Source of the DNA: a candidate division WOR-3 bacterium
GTDB taxonomy: Bacteria; Hydrothermota; Hydrothermia; LBFQ01
Assembly (NCBI GenBank): GCA_027050205.1
Contig: JALUCS010000083.1
Location: 32,001 to 96,000, forward strand
Direction: 5' to 3'
Length of the DNA: 64,000 nt
The translations under genes and the position numbers were made by a program. The notes beneath the pieces were generated by a model, which was not told the DNA's origin, made no database searches, and saw only the letters and a program-made list of their open reading frames with translations. Shown here one piece after another: positions 28,805 through 38,687 of the stretch; position 1 is the first letter of the stretch, and each line of letters begins with the position of its first letter.

Positions 28805-29547
28805 GGTTGAGCCTCGTCATACCCGTCTATAACGAGAGGGAGTTCTTCCCCCTCCTCTTTCGCAAGGTCTATGAGATGGACTTCGGCCTGCCCAAGGAGA
28901 TAGTGGTGGTGGACGACTTCTCCACCGATGGGACGAGGGAGTACATAAGGGAGAACGTAGAGGGCCTTGAGGGGGTGAAGGTGATATACCACGAGAGGAA
29001 CAGGGGAAAGGGGGCGGCCCTACATACGGCCTTCGCCCATGCCACGGGCGACATAATCGCCATACAGGACGCCGACCTTGAGTACGACCCGGCCGACCTG
29101 ATCCCTATGATCAAGCTCATAACCGACGGCTACGCCGACGTCGTCTACGGCTCCCGCTTCTACGGGAACCCCCACCGCATCCTCTACCACCACCACTTCA
29201 TGGGCAACAAGCTCATCTCCTTCCTCGTAAACGTCTTCAGCGATATGACCTTCTCCGACATTGAGGTGTGCTACAAGGTCTTCAAGCGGGAGGTCCTGGA
29301 CTACTTTGACCTCACCCTGACGGACTTCGGCTTTGAGGTGGAGTTCACGATGAAGGTCTCCAAGACGGCCAAATACACCAACTGGCGGATATACGAGATG
29401 GGTATCAGCTACCACGGGCGTACGTACGCCGAGGGAAAGAAGATCAACTGGAAGGACGGGGTCAAGGCCCTCTTCTACATCCTCCGCTTCGCCTTCTGGA
29501 AGCCAAAGCTGAAGGACGGGAAACCCGTAAAGGTAAAGGGAGGTTGA
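28801..29547 (+). CDS. GT2 glycosyltransferase (DPM1-like, polyprenol-phosphate type)
   Basis: VIPVYNE, VDDFSTDGT, NRGKGAA, QDADLEYDP and GRTYAEGKKINWKDG motifs. Confidence 0.93.
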   Translation: MRLSLVIPVYNEREFFPLLFRKVYEMDFGLPKEIVVVDDFSTDGTREYIRENVEGLEGVKVIYHERNRGKGAALHTAFAHATGDIIAIQDADLEYDPADLIPMIKLITDGYADVVYGSRFYGNPHRILYHHHFMGNKLISFLVNVFSDMTFSDIEVCYKVFKREVLDYFDLTLTDFGFEVEFTMKVSKTAKYTNWRIYEMGISYHGRTYAEGKKINWKDGVKALFYILRFAFWKPKLKDGKPVKVKGG

Positions 29548-29549
29548 GG

Positions 29550-29852
29550 ATGAGGAAGGCGATAGTTGCCGTCAGCATCGCCCCCCTTGGCGAGGGTCCC
29601 AGCGTCTCCGACTACGTCGCGGAGGCCATAAGGGTCCTGAAGGAGGACGGCAGGGTGGAGTGGGAGCTGGGGCCGATGTGTACGACCATCTGGGGGGACC
29701 CGGCGGTGATATTTGATGTCATATTGAAGATGCAGGAGGCTATGTTCCGGAAGGGGGCGGTGCGGGTAAGCACCGTAATAAAGATGGACGAGAGGAGGGA
29801 CAAGGAGTTGGATCCGAAGAAGAAGGTGGAGTCGGTGATGAAGAAGGTGTGA
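29550..29852 (+). CDS. MTH1187/UPF0045 thiamine-binding family protein
   Basis: VSIAPLGEGPSVSDYVA, GPMCTTIWG and RVST.IK.DERRDK motifs; GGAGG before ATG 29550. Confidence 0.9.
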   Translation: MRKAIVAVSIAPLGEGPSVSDYVAEAIRVLKEDGRVEWELGPMCTTIWGDPAVIFDVILKMQEAMFRKGAVRVSTVIKMDERRDKELDPKKKVESVMKKV

Positions 29853-29862
29853 GGGTCGCGGA

Positions 29863-30594
29863 TCACCGGATTAGGTGGAGGAGGCCCCTCTTTATGAGCC
29901 TCCTTACCAGTTCCGGGGTTTGAGGGTCGGCCGGATAACCGCTCGCCGGGGGTATGTCCCCCTCCAGACCGACCGCCCTGTTTACGGCCAGCATATGGAC
30001 CTCCCTGAAGTACTTGGCGAAGATGGAAGCCAGGGCGACCTCCTTCCACTTAACGTCCGCCCCCTTTACGAACCTTATCTCCTGCTCCCCCTTCCTGTAG
30101 GATACTCCCCCATCCTCCGGGAACCTCTCCCATCCGGGGAGGAAACGGCCGTAGTACTTCACCCCTCCCGCGAGGCCGCTTATCACCCTCTTGCATCCCA
30201 GGCGGAGGGCTACGTCGGCGAGGGCGGAGGCATCCTTCAAAAAGCGATGGCTACGGAGGTGGTTGGCGGGTATCTCCACGGCCACCAACCTATGCACCTT
30301 GAAGGGAAGGTTGCCAACGGTGGCGGAGAAGACGGGGAGGGTTAGACCCTCGTATAGATCCGACGTCCTCCCGAACACCCAACGCCACATATCCATAACC
30401 GTGTCGCCCCGGAAACCGAGTCCCCGGAGGGCGGACAGGACTACACCTTCGGCCCTTGAGTAGGTCCTAAGGCTCCTCCTAAAGACCTCCTTGCTGTCCC
30501 TTACGTCCCTTAGCTCCCCGGAGACCGCTACCCCCACGACAAAAAGGGACCCGACCTTCGGGCCGAGGCCAGCCTCGTCTATGCCGCACCTCAT
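29863..30594 (-). CDS. Divergent ribonuclease HII-family protein
   Basis: GIDEAG.GP..G, RDSK, KGAD...VALASIFAK..RE and GYP.DP motifs. Confidence 0.8.
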   Translation of the reverse strand: MRCGIDEAGLGPKVGSLFVVGVAVSGELRDVRDSKEVFRRSLRTYSRAEGVVLSALRGLGFRGDTVMDMWRWVFGRTSDLYEGLTLPVFSATVGNLPFKVHRLVAVEIPANHLRSHRFLKDASALADVALRLGCKRVISGLAGGVKYYGRFLPGWERFPEDGGVSYRKGEQEIRFVKGADVKWKEVALASIFAKYFREVHMLAVNRAVGLEGDIPPASGYPADPQTPELVRRLIKRGLLHLIR

Positions 30595-31481
30595 AGGAAG
30601 TCGCCGATGTCGGGTTTGACGTACTCTTCTACCCCCCTCTCAAACTCCTCCATTACCTGTCTCCACTCCGCCCGGTTTATGACCTTGGCCTCCGCCCACG
30701 AACCGTAGATCTGCCCTGCGTGAAAGGCCATACCCACTCCGAGGGAGGCCAGGGCCGGGACGTCCCTATGCTCCTTGAAGTGGTAGTACGAGGCCAGGGC
30801 GTAGAAACCCCCGACGAACAGGAACCCCATAAAGGCCGTCCCCTTGTCTCCGATGTACAGCCTCCCCAGACCGGGGATAATGGACAGGAGAGCAGCCACC
30901 GTAGGGGACTTGAGGTTCGGGGGTTGCAGGTAGGACTCAAGGGGCGTTCCGACGATGACTTTCCTTGCCCCCTTCCAATCCCCCTTGCCCAACTTCATCC
31001 ACGCTATCAGGACCCTCCTCTGAAGAGACTTACGGGGCATCTCGGACAGCTCGGAGTAGAAGGCTACGGTATCCCCGAGGTAGAGGTACAGTTTTGCCAA
31101 CTCGTAGTGCGCCCAAACCTGTCCTTTCCGTCCCTCCTCTATGTGCCGCTTCAGAAGTTTTTCCGCTGACTCGTACATACCGGCTAACTTGTAGTTGTAG
31201 CCCGCCATAAAGTGGGCGTAGTCGGCGCTATCACTGTTCGGGAAGAGGGTAACGAACCGGAGGTACTCCACGGCCGCCTCCCTGTACTTTCCCCTCCTCT
31301 GTAGGTCCTCGGCGAAGGATAGGACCTCCTTGGCCCGTACCACCTTGACCTCCCTCTCCATCTCCTTGAGCATCCGCTCTATCTCCTCCGGAGGAAGCTG
31401 GTCGCAGGTACAGGGTTGGAGGCTGTCCGCCGTTCCGCTCTGCCCTCCGGAAGCCTCTAAAAGGAGTGTCAGGAGAAACAT
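30591..31481 (-). CDS. TPR-repeat protein with a C-terminal TM2-like membrane domain
   Basis: TPR helices (A..EY.RFV.LFPNS..AD.A) and KSPTVAALLSIIPGLGRLYIG. Confidence 0.75.
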   Translation of the reverse strand: MFLLTLLLEASGGQSGTADSLQPCTCDQLPPEEIERMLKEMEREVKVVRAKEVLSFAEDLQRRGKYREAAVEYLRFVTLFPNSDSADYAHFMAGYNYKLAGMYESAEKLLKRHIEEGRKGQVWAHYELAKLYLYLGDTVAFYSELSEMPRKSLQRRVLIAWMKLGKGDWKGARKVIVGTPLESYLQPPNLKSPTVAALLSIIPGLGRLYIGDKGTAFMGFLFVGGFYALASYYHFKEHRDVPALASLGVGMAFHAGQIYGSWAEAKVINRAEWRQVMEEFERGVEEYVKPDIGDFL

Positions 31482-31485
31482 GAGG

Positions 31486-32676
31486 CTATTTTACCCCAGA
31501 AAGGCTGTCCTTGACGATGTCGACGATCGTCTGGAGGGTACCGGGTAGGGCGGATTCCACCCTCTCCCACACGGGCAGGCGGGGGGACGGGTTGGTGTTC
31601 TCGGCGAACTCCTTGAAGGCGTCGTCTATGCACCCGGAGAAGAGTTCTATGTAGCGGAACTCCCTGTGGATGTTGAACTCCAGGCCGTTCAGGAGGGCTA
31701 CGGCTTCGTAGGTTTCAACGTAATCCTTGGCCGTGGTCACGTAGGTTTGCTTTATAGTGCGCTCTATACCGGAGGTGAAGATCACTCCCCTTGAGGAAAG
31801 CTCCACGAGGAAGGTCTTGAAGATGTCCGTCACCATCCGGCGGAGGTCGTCCCCAGGGCGGTGCTTGTGGTCGTACCTGTGGGCTATCTGTACCTGCACC
31901 ATGTCCCCTATACGCATCGTGCGGTAGGCCTCGGCGAGTATGCTAACCTCCATCCCCCAGTCGGAGGGGATGCGGAGCTTCTGGAAGACCCCGACGTACC
32001 CTGCCATCTCGCCGGATAGGGGATATCGGAAGTCGCCCATGTACTCAAGGAAGGGGTCGTAGCCGAAGATGATCTTCAGCGCCCGGATTATGGGGAAGTA
32101 GAACAGGCGAACTACCCTCCCGTAGAGTCTCTTACCGTAGCGGGCATAGAAACCCTTAGCGAAACGGTAGTTCAGACGGGCTATAGGGTAGGCCAGAAGC
32201 AGGGGCATCTCGGCCGTATAGGTCTTTATGTCGGCGTCGTGTAGGACGAGTATGTCCGTCTCCCCCTCACCGACCACGTACCCTATCCCCGTCCATACGG
32301 CTGTCCCCTTCCCCCTCCTCCCAAGGGAGAACTCCCGACCTATCGTCTGCCTTACCTCCCTCAAGTAGGGGTTGTCGTTCCATATTACCGTACCCTTACC
32401 TCTCAAGATGTCCCTGGTTATCCGTAGGGCCGTCTTGAACTCCTCGTGGGTGGCCCTATCCAAAACGATATAGACCCTGTGTATTCCTTCCGTACTCGCC
32501 AAAGTTCCGAGGATATACATCATCTCCTCGGTTGAGAAGTCCGAGTACAGGGCGGGTATTAAAACCCCCACTTTCTTTCCCGTCTGCTCAATCTCGGAGG
32601 AGAGTACGTCCGCGTTCCGCTTTCCGGGACGGAGGTACGGAATCGTGGGAACGAGGTTCTGATGCAGATCAGCCAT
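31486..32676 (-). CDS. Glucosyl-3-phosphoglycerate synthase-like glycosyltransferase (compatible solute synthesis)
   Basis: MAD.HQN, IPALYS, GKG..VW, HDADIKTY, KGFYAR, GRV.RL, RYPLSGE, DWG.E and YDHKH motifs. Confidence 0.85.
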   Translation of the reverse strand: MADLHQNLVPTIPYLRPGKRNADVLSSEIEQTGKKVGVLIPALYSDFSTEEMMYILGTLASTEGIHRVYIVLDRATHEEFKTALRITRDILRGKGTVIWNDNPYLREVRQTIGREFSLGRRGKGTAVWTGIGYVVGEGETDILVLHDADIKTYTAEMPLLLAYPIARLNYRFAKGFYARYGKRLYGRVVRLFYFPIIRALKIIFGYDPFLEYMGDFRYPLSGEMAGYVGVFQKLRIPSDWGMEVSILAEAYRTMRIGDMVQVQIAHRYDHKHRPGDDLRRMVTDIFKTFLVELSSRGVIFTSGIERTIKQTYVTTAKDYVETYEAVALLNGLEFNIHREFRYIELFSGCIDDAFKEFAENTNPSPRLPVWERVESALPGTLQTIVDIVKDSLSGVK

Positions 32677-32787
32677 ACGAAAAAATTGTAAAGGTGAAGG
32701 TGGAGAGTTAGAGCCTCTTTTGGACGCCTCTTTTCATAAAGGAGATTGAACGAATAGAATAAGCGGTCGTATAATCCCTTCCTCATA

Positions 32788-33405
32788 ATGCTCGGAAGGC
32801 TTTACGTTATTCTGGATGACACTTACCTAACCCCAAGGGATATCCCCAAGGTAGCCCAGAAGGTCCTGAAAGGTGGGGCGGACGTCCTCCAGATAAGGAG
32901 TAAGAGGTGGTCTAGAGAGGTACTGTTAAAGGTGGCGGACGAGGTGTATTCTCTCACTAAGGATTACGGAGTTCCCTTGATAATAAACGATTATCCCGAT
33001 ATTGCCGTTAGGTACGACGGTGTGCATGTAGGGGCGGAAGACACCCCTTACTCCATCGCGAGGGAGATCCTCGGTAAGGACAGGATAGTGGGTGTGTCCT
33101 GCTACGGCTCGCTTGAGACGGCCGTACGGATGCAGGAGGAAGGTGCCGATTACGTCGCCCTCTCATCCCCCTACCCCTCACCCACCAAGCCGGAAAAGGA
33201 CATCGCTCCGCTGCGGCTCCTTAGGGAGGCCTCGCAGGTCCTCCGAATACCCTTCTACGTCATAGGGGGGATAGACGAAAATAGGGCGAAGGAGGTAGTG
33301 AGAGCGGGAGCGTACGGTGTGGCCGTGGTTAGCGCCATCCTGAAGGCGGAGGACCCGGAAGAGGCCACGAGGAGGTTGAGGGATGCGGTATATTCTTCCG
33401 CTTAG
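32788..33405 (+). CDS. thiE: Thiamine-phosphate synthase
   Basis: LQIRSK, LIIND, DGVHVG.ED, SPTK, IGGI and AVVSAI motifs. Confidence 0.95.
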   Translation: MLGRLYVILDDTYLTPRDIPKVAQKVLKGGADVLQIRSKRWSREVLLKVADEVYSLTKDYGVPLIINDYPDIAVRYDGVHVGAEDTPYSIAREILGKDRIVGVSCYGSLETAVRMQEEGADYVALSSPYPSPTKPEKDIAPLRLLREASQVLRIPFYVIGGIDENRAKEVVRAGAYGVAVVSAILKAEDPEEATRRLRDAVYSSA

Positions 33406-34117
33406 CCTCCTCCTGACGTCCTGCTCCCTCCCTTTCCTACACAGGAAACCTCCCCCTTACGAGAGGGTGGTAGTTGTGGTCTCCTATGATGGGAAGGGGC
33501 TGTCGGCCATCTCCCCCGATACGGCGGCCGGTATGGTACGGATATCCTTGATGGGGGATAGGGGAAGGAGCGACTTCCGCCTCACCAAGAGGGTGCATTT
33601 CGGTAAGTACGACGAGAATACGGGGTCCTACGTGATGGATCCGAAGATGGTGGCCATTCTGGAGGCCAACGTAGGTAAGGAAGTCTCAAGGGTGAGGCTG
33701 CGGGTGGAGAGGATGGTTAAGGCCCTTAAGGTTCCGGGTGATGTGCGTATAGTTGAGCCTTCCTCCAACCTCCCCGACTGGGGAGAGGTATCCATTAGGT
33801 GGGAGGGGAGGGCCAGAAGGTACCTGCTCCGCCTGTACGCCTTTACTATGATGGATCAGAAGGACGAGATCGTACTTGCGGACAGCACCCACTACGTGTT
33901 TGACCTTGGGAACTTCTACGGGGACGGTTTTTTGAGCGTAGCCGTCTGCCCGATAGAGGGGAGCGACCCACGGAAGAGGGAGAGGATCAAGGTCTATGCC
34001 CTCGGTCGGTGCGTCAGTAGGACCATCTTAGTAGGGGATACGTCGGTATGGGAGGGTGAGATGCCGGAGCCTCCGTGGAACGAGGACGACCTCCTCTGGT
34101 ACCTCCTTATGATGTGA
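33383..34117 (+). CDS. Lipoprotein of unknown function
   Basis: MRYILPLSLLLTS-C lipobox; overlaps the end of thiE. Confidence 0.7.
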   Translation: MRYILPLSLLLTSCSLPFLHRKPPPYERVVVVVSYDGKGLSAISPDTAAGMVRISLMGDRGRSDFRLTKRVHFGKYDENTGSYVMDPKMVAILEANVGKEVSRVRLRVERMVKALKVPGDVRIVEPSSNLPDWGEVSIRWEGRARRYLLRLYAFTMMDQKDEIVLADSTHYVFDLGNFYGDGFLSVAVCPIEGSDPRKRERIKVYALGRCVSRTILVGDTSVWEGEMPEPPWNEDDLLWYLLMM

Positions 34118-35183
34118 GCCTGTCCCTGCTGATCAGGACCCTGTCCATCCAGAAGGCCATTGCCAGAGCCATCCAGGCGACGGACCACCTCATAAACACC
34201 CTCCTGTCCTTCGGTCCGTTATAGACCTCCCCCTTCGGTCCCACCAAAGTACGGCAGGCGTACTCTACCAGGTTCCGGGCCTCCTCGCCGAAGAGCTTTA
34301 GGGTGATTATGGCGGCGGCGACATCGTGGGCGTCGTGGGACCCCCTACCCAGACGGTTTATGGGGAGGCCTTCGGCGTTGAAGAGGTTGCCTATGTAGAA
34401 GCGGAATCCCCTAACTATCGCCTCCTCCCACCTGTCCGTTCGCAGCAACTCGGACGCCCACCTAAGGCCCCACAGGTTGTATGCCGTGTGGATGTGGTCC
34501 ACGTAGGCCATACGACGGCTTCCGAGGCCGTAGACCCAGGAACCGTCCTCCCGTTGGTAGTGGGCGAGGGTGTCTCCTATCCGGCGGAGTACCTCCCTAC
34601 TCCCCCCGGCCACGGCCTGGGCGACCGCCCCCAGGATAGAGGCGTTGAATATGCGGTACCTGTCCAAGGGTGTGTAGCTCATCCACAGGTTTCCCCTCTC
34701 GTCCTCAAAGGTGTTGAGAACCCTCTCGTAGAAAGGAAGGAAGACGGAGAGGTCTATATTCCATCCGAACCTACGGTTGGCCTCGTTTAGGGCGAAGACG
34801 GCGAAGGAGGTCGCTATGACGTTGGGGGTAAAGGCGGGTACGTAGAAGATGCTGCTCTGCCAATCAAAGTTGTAGCCGAAGGCTATTCCCCCCTCCACCT
34901 CTGTACGGTACCGCATAAGGGTACCGTGGGCTTTCCGCGCCCTCTCCTCGTCCCCGGCCAAGGTGTAGGTCCAGAGGAACAGAGCCAGACCCTTGGGATT
35001 GTGGGATGGGGGAACGAGGAGCAACCTCCTGACCCATATCGGGGAACGCTTCAAAAGCTGTTGAAAGAGAAGCCGGTAGAGGGGAACCGGTAGGCGCCCC
35101 AAGGGGGAGAGGAGACCGTCGTAGGGGTCGTACCCCCTCCACCCCTCCCCCTCGGCGTAAGAGAGTATCTTATCCAAGCACAA
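34107..35183 (-). CDS. Alpha/alpha-toroid protein of the GYDPYDGL family found in polysaccharide loci
   Basis: GYDPYDGL.SP, NPKG.ALF, GYNFDWQS, YQREDGSW.YG, D..HT.Y.L and FMRWS.AWM motifs. Confidence 0.7.
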   Translation of the reverse strand: MCLDKILSYAEGEGWRGYDPYDGLLSPLGRLPVPLYRLLFQQLLKRSPIWVRRLLLVPPSHNPKGLALFLWTYTLAGDEERARKAHGTLMRYRTEVEGGIAFGYNFDWQSSIFYVPAFTPNVIATSFAVFALNEANRRFGWNIDLSVFLPFYERVLNTFEDERGNLWMSYTPLDRYRIFNASILGAVAQAVAGGSREVLRRIGDTLAHYQREDGSWVYGLGSRRMAYVDHIHTAYNLWGLRWASELLRTDRWEEAIVRGFRFYIGNLFNAEGLPINRLGRGSHDAHDVAAAIITLKLFGEEARNLVEYACRTLVGPKGEVYNGPKDRRVFMRWSVAWMALAMAFWMDRVLISRDRLTS

Positions 35184-35186
35184 CGT

Positions 35187-36467
35187 TCAGTCTATCCTCT
35201 TCCACTTCCTCCAGGCCTTCTTCCTCCACTGCTTTACCCTGTTCAACTGTTTTTGGGCGTAGGACTTGATGGCTCCGCTACCGAGGAGGGCTGCCTGCTG
35301 GTACGCGGCGATGGCGCTGTCAAACGCAGAGACGGCCTCCTCGTACTTCTTCTTCTTGTAGAGGGCTATGGCCCTCCTCTGCCTTATATCCCCCAGTAAG
35401 GCCCACGCGGGCGCCCTGTACCTGGGGTCTATCTCCTTGTCGGTGGCTACCTCCCTCGCCAACTTCTCGGCCTTGGCCGTGTTCCCGATGTCGTCGTAGA
35501 GGTACGCTATCCGCACCTTTAGGGCCTTGAAGTTGGGGTTCAGCTCCAGCGCCTTCTCGTAGTCGGCTATGGCCTCCTTCTTCTTACCTACCTTCTCGTA
35601 GATTTTCCCCCGCTTTACGTAGTACTTGGCCTTCTCCGAACTGTCGGCCAGCTCTATCAGTTCCGTGGCGTACGGGATGGCCCTGTTGAGGTCCACGTCG
35701 GCTCCGGCCTTTTTGGCCTTCAGATACGCATCTACTATAGTCTTTAGAAGTTTCACCATCCTCTTCTTATCCTTCTCCTCGCTCATTCCCTCCTTCTTCG
35801 TAAGCTCGTAGGCCTTCTCAAGGTACTTCAGGGCCTCCGCGTACTTGCCCTGGTCAAACAGGAAGTCGCCGTAGGATCTATTAAGGGCGGCGTTGTCGGG
35901 TTTGCGGGATAGGGCCTCCGTGTAGAGCTTCTCGGCTTCGTCCAACTTCCCGGCCTTCTCGTACACCTTGGCGAGGCCAAAGAGGATGTCAGGGTTGTCG
36001 GGGGACAGCTCCAGGGCCTTCTTGTAGAACTCCTCCCCCTTGACGTAGTCCTCCTTGACTATGCCGTAGAGCCAACCGAGTCCCTGCCATCCCCTCGGAT
36101 CCGTTGAGTCTATCTCTATGACGTGCCTGTAGTAAAACTCGGCGGAGTCTAACTGCCCGTTCTTCAGGAGGGCGTAGGCGAGGTCTAAGGATATGTTCTT
36201 CCTTAGGGTGTCCAAGGTGCCGGTGGTGTCCTTCGCAAGGGTGTAGCCGTAGGCCTTCTTCAGCTCCTTTATGGCGGTCTCGTAGCTGGCCCTACCGTCC
36301 AGGGCCTTGAGGAGGTCGTCCTTGCCAACGGAGTACCAGACGCGGGCGGAGTCTATACGCTGCTCAAGGGTTAGCTTCGGTCCTTCCTCCTGTAGGGTGA
36401 CGCAGGAGGTATGCGTAAACGCCACCGTTATAGCCGCCACTCCTCCCAAGATTAAGTACCTCTTCAT
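35187..36467 (-). CDS. TPR-repeat lipoprotein
   Basis: Signal ends in HTS-C; many A...Y.KALEL.P TPR units. Confidence 0.85.
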   Translation of the reverse strand: MKRYLILGGVAAITVAFTHTSCVTLQEEGPKLTLEQRIDSARVWYSVGKDDLLKALDGRASYETAIKELKKAYGYTLAKDTTGTLDTLRKNISLDLAYALLKNGQLDSAEFYYRHVIEIDSTDPRGWQGLGWLYGIVKEDYVKGEEFYKKALELSPDNPDILFGLAKVYEKAGKLDEAEKLYTEALSRKPDNAALNRSYGDFLFDQGKYAEALKYLEKAYELTKKEGMSEEKDKKRMVKLLKTIVDAYLKAKKAGADVDLNRAIPYATELIELADSSEKAKYYVKRGKIYEKVGKKKEAIADYEKALELNPNFKALKVRIAYLYDDIGNTAKAEKLAREVATDKEIDPRYRAPAWALLGDIRQRRAIALYKKKKYEEAVSAFDSAIAAYQQAALLGSGAIKSYAQKQLNRVKQWRKKAWRKWKRID

Positions 36468-36586
36468 GGTGGGCTATTATACTGGGGAAGGCGAGGCGTA
36501 CGCTAAGGCCAAAAGCCAACGTCCCGGTGAGGTTCGGAAAGATGGGTTTTATGCTGATAGAGGGATACGATAGTGCATTGTTTCAC

Positions 36587-36664
36587 CCGCATCTTCAAAA
36601 ACCGAAAGCGAGGCTTTAAGAAACCGAAACTTACCCTTTAATAAGCCACAAATCGTACTTTAAG
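36587..36664 (+). repeat. Dispersed ~80 bp intergenic repeat, copy A
   Basis: 65/78 ungapped identity to 47585-47662 by hand alignment. Confidence 0.85.
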
Positions 36665-37400
36665 TAATCCTATTAACGAGGATAGAAAAATCGGCAAGGT
36701 CCGGTATCTATGGGATTGATGGGAGCGCGAAGTTTTACCGCAATGCTGGACTTGAATACAGGTCATTTCCAAAATTTTAAAACCATATTTTTTTAACATC
36801 ATTCGGATCCACCGAACGGTATTGAGCCATCTATCGTTTTCATTTGAAGGCGTTGGACACAAGGCATCATTTCATAAGCGTAATACTAACCCGAACTCTT
36901 CAATTATACTCCATTAGAATACGGAAGGTGGATTTTTGTAGGGTTTGCTTGGAATGGATTACATACGAAGCGGGTACAATCCCTCATCAGACCTAATATT
37001 ACGTCCGATTCTACTCCCCATAAAACCACAATGAATGACTTACATCCTTCACAATTTTGGTGCTTTACGAAGAGAACCGTGGGAATTCTTGGAGTCCCCA
37101 TGGATTAACGGAGGAGTTCAGGTACTAACGGATTTTGAACGGCATCGTGTGCGGCTCACTTAGGAAGACTGAAACCGGGTTCCACGAGGTACAACCGTTT
37201 TGGTACCTGCGATACGGGAAACCTTATGCCTACGGTCCATCGGAGGTCGCACCACTACACCGCCCTACGATCAGAAGGAGGAAACGCTCGGACAAACAAC
37301 GGTAAGACCCTAGGAGTTCAAAAGGCGTAGGTGTCGGTTCAACAGGGTAGGTTTAACCTCCCACCTTGACCGTCCAACCTCCCTTTTAACATCACCGATT

Positions 37401-38684
37401 ATGAGGAAGATGAGCGTTATAGCCCTCGTGATATGGGGAACGCCGCTCTACGGCACCGGTTTCGTAGGTGTTGGACACAGCAACAACTGGAGGACCTACG
37501 TCGCCCCTTCCCCTGACAGTGGGGCTGTGGTGTGCGCCGGGTACAGGGTCTTCAAGGTCAACCCCTCCGGAAGCGTAGCCTGGGCGAGGTCCCTTTCCAA
37601 CTACTGTGAGGGCGTCTTCACCTATGCCAGCGGGTACGTGGTGGTGGACGGGTACGGCAGCGACGTACACATCCATTCCCTGGCCGCCGACGGCTCCGAG
37701 CAGTGGGGCTACTCCTACACCCTCCCCGGCGACTACAACAACGTACGAAAGATGGTAAGCTCCGGTGGGAACCTGATATTCCTGTTTGAGAGCTATCTGT
37801 CCTCCGTCTATTACCCCCTACTGCTCTCCCTTACCACGAGCGGGAACGTGAACTGGGCCAAAAGCTACGACGTTCCGGGACTCATCAATACGTTCGTCCC
37901 GTACGACGGCGGGTACATAATAAGCCTTCTGGATACGACCTATAACCGCGACCTCGTCCTCATAAAGACGGACGCCTCCGGAAACGTCTCCCTGGCCAGA
38001 ACCATGGGGGCATACGCCAGCGTAGGTGGAAGTATTACGGTGGGGATGGTCGTCATAGGTGGGGACCTCTTCGTATCCTCGGACTACAACCTGTTAAAAC
38101 TGGACAACTCCCTGAACGTCATATGGGCAAAGCGGGAAGGCTCGTACTACCTCGCCAGAATTGAGGCGAGCGAAGGCGAAAACCTCTACATGGCCGGCGA
38201 CTGGGACGAGATATTCAAGATAGACACGTCCGGCAACGTCATCTGGTCAAGGGAGTACGCCTCATCTCTGAACATATCCTTCCACGGTATGGTCCTCTCA
38301 GGTGGAAGGCTCTACGCAGTTGGAGACGCCGACGCCCTTACGGACAGCATAGCAGTTGTGAGCGTAAGGACGGATGGGTCCCTTCCGTGCGCCTCCCATT
38401 ACAACCTATCCTTCGTCACCTCGTCCGTTTCCCCCTCAAACATAACCGTCTCTGCCCAGAGCCGGAGCGTCAGCAAAGGCCCGTCCGTTTCCACCGGCTC
38501 CGCATCCTACACCCTCAACCTCCGTTGCGTTTCTACCGACGTCAGGGAAGCGTCCGGGAATATCTGTGGCGGTGGCGGGGAGGTTTACGACGCATCCGGA
38601 CGGAGGTACGACAGGGTACCCGATAGGCCGGGTGTGTACTTCATAAAGACGCCTGAAGGAGCGAAGAAGGTCATAAGGAGGTGA
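37401..38684 (+). CDS. Secreted beta-propeller protein with short T9SS-like tail
   Basis: Normal signal peptide; repeats K.D.SGNV.WA(K/R); tail VYDASGRR...PGVYFIK...KKVIRR. Confidence 0.8.
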   Translation: MRKMSVIALVIWGTPLYGTGFVGVGHSNNWRTYVAPSPDSGAVVCAGYRVFKVNPSGSVAWARSLSNYCEGVFTYASGYVVVDGYGSDVHIHSLAADGSEQWGYSYTLPGDYNNVRKMVSSGGNLIFLFESYLSSVYYPLLLSLTTSGNVNWAKSYDVPGLINTFVPYDGGYIISLLDTTYNRDLVLIKTDASGNVSLARTMGAYASVGGSITVGMVVIGGDLFVSSDYNLLKLDNSLNVIWAKREGSYYLARIEASEGENLYMAGDWDEIFKIDTSGNVIWSREYASSLNISFHGMVLSGGRLYAVGDADALTDSIAVVSVRTDGSLPCASHYNLSFVTSSVSPSNITVSAQSRSVSKGPSVSTGSASYTLNLRCVSTDVREASGNICGGGGEVYDASGRRYDRVPDRPGVYFIKTPEGAKKVIRR

Positions 38685-38687
38685 AGG

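Noticed and set aside
23535..33405. Thiamine gene cluster or TPP riboswitch (yjbQ, MTH1187 family, thiE)
   Set aside because: The genes sit in three separate transcription units, and I saw no TPP aptamer core (CTGAGA...ACCTG) upstream of any.
36480..37390. Small ORFs (36638-36862, 36904-37101) or a CRISPR array in the largest spacer
   Set aside because: The ORFs lack host codon bias and motifs, and there are no regularly spaced direct repeats.
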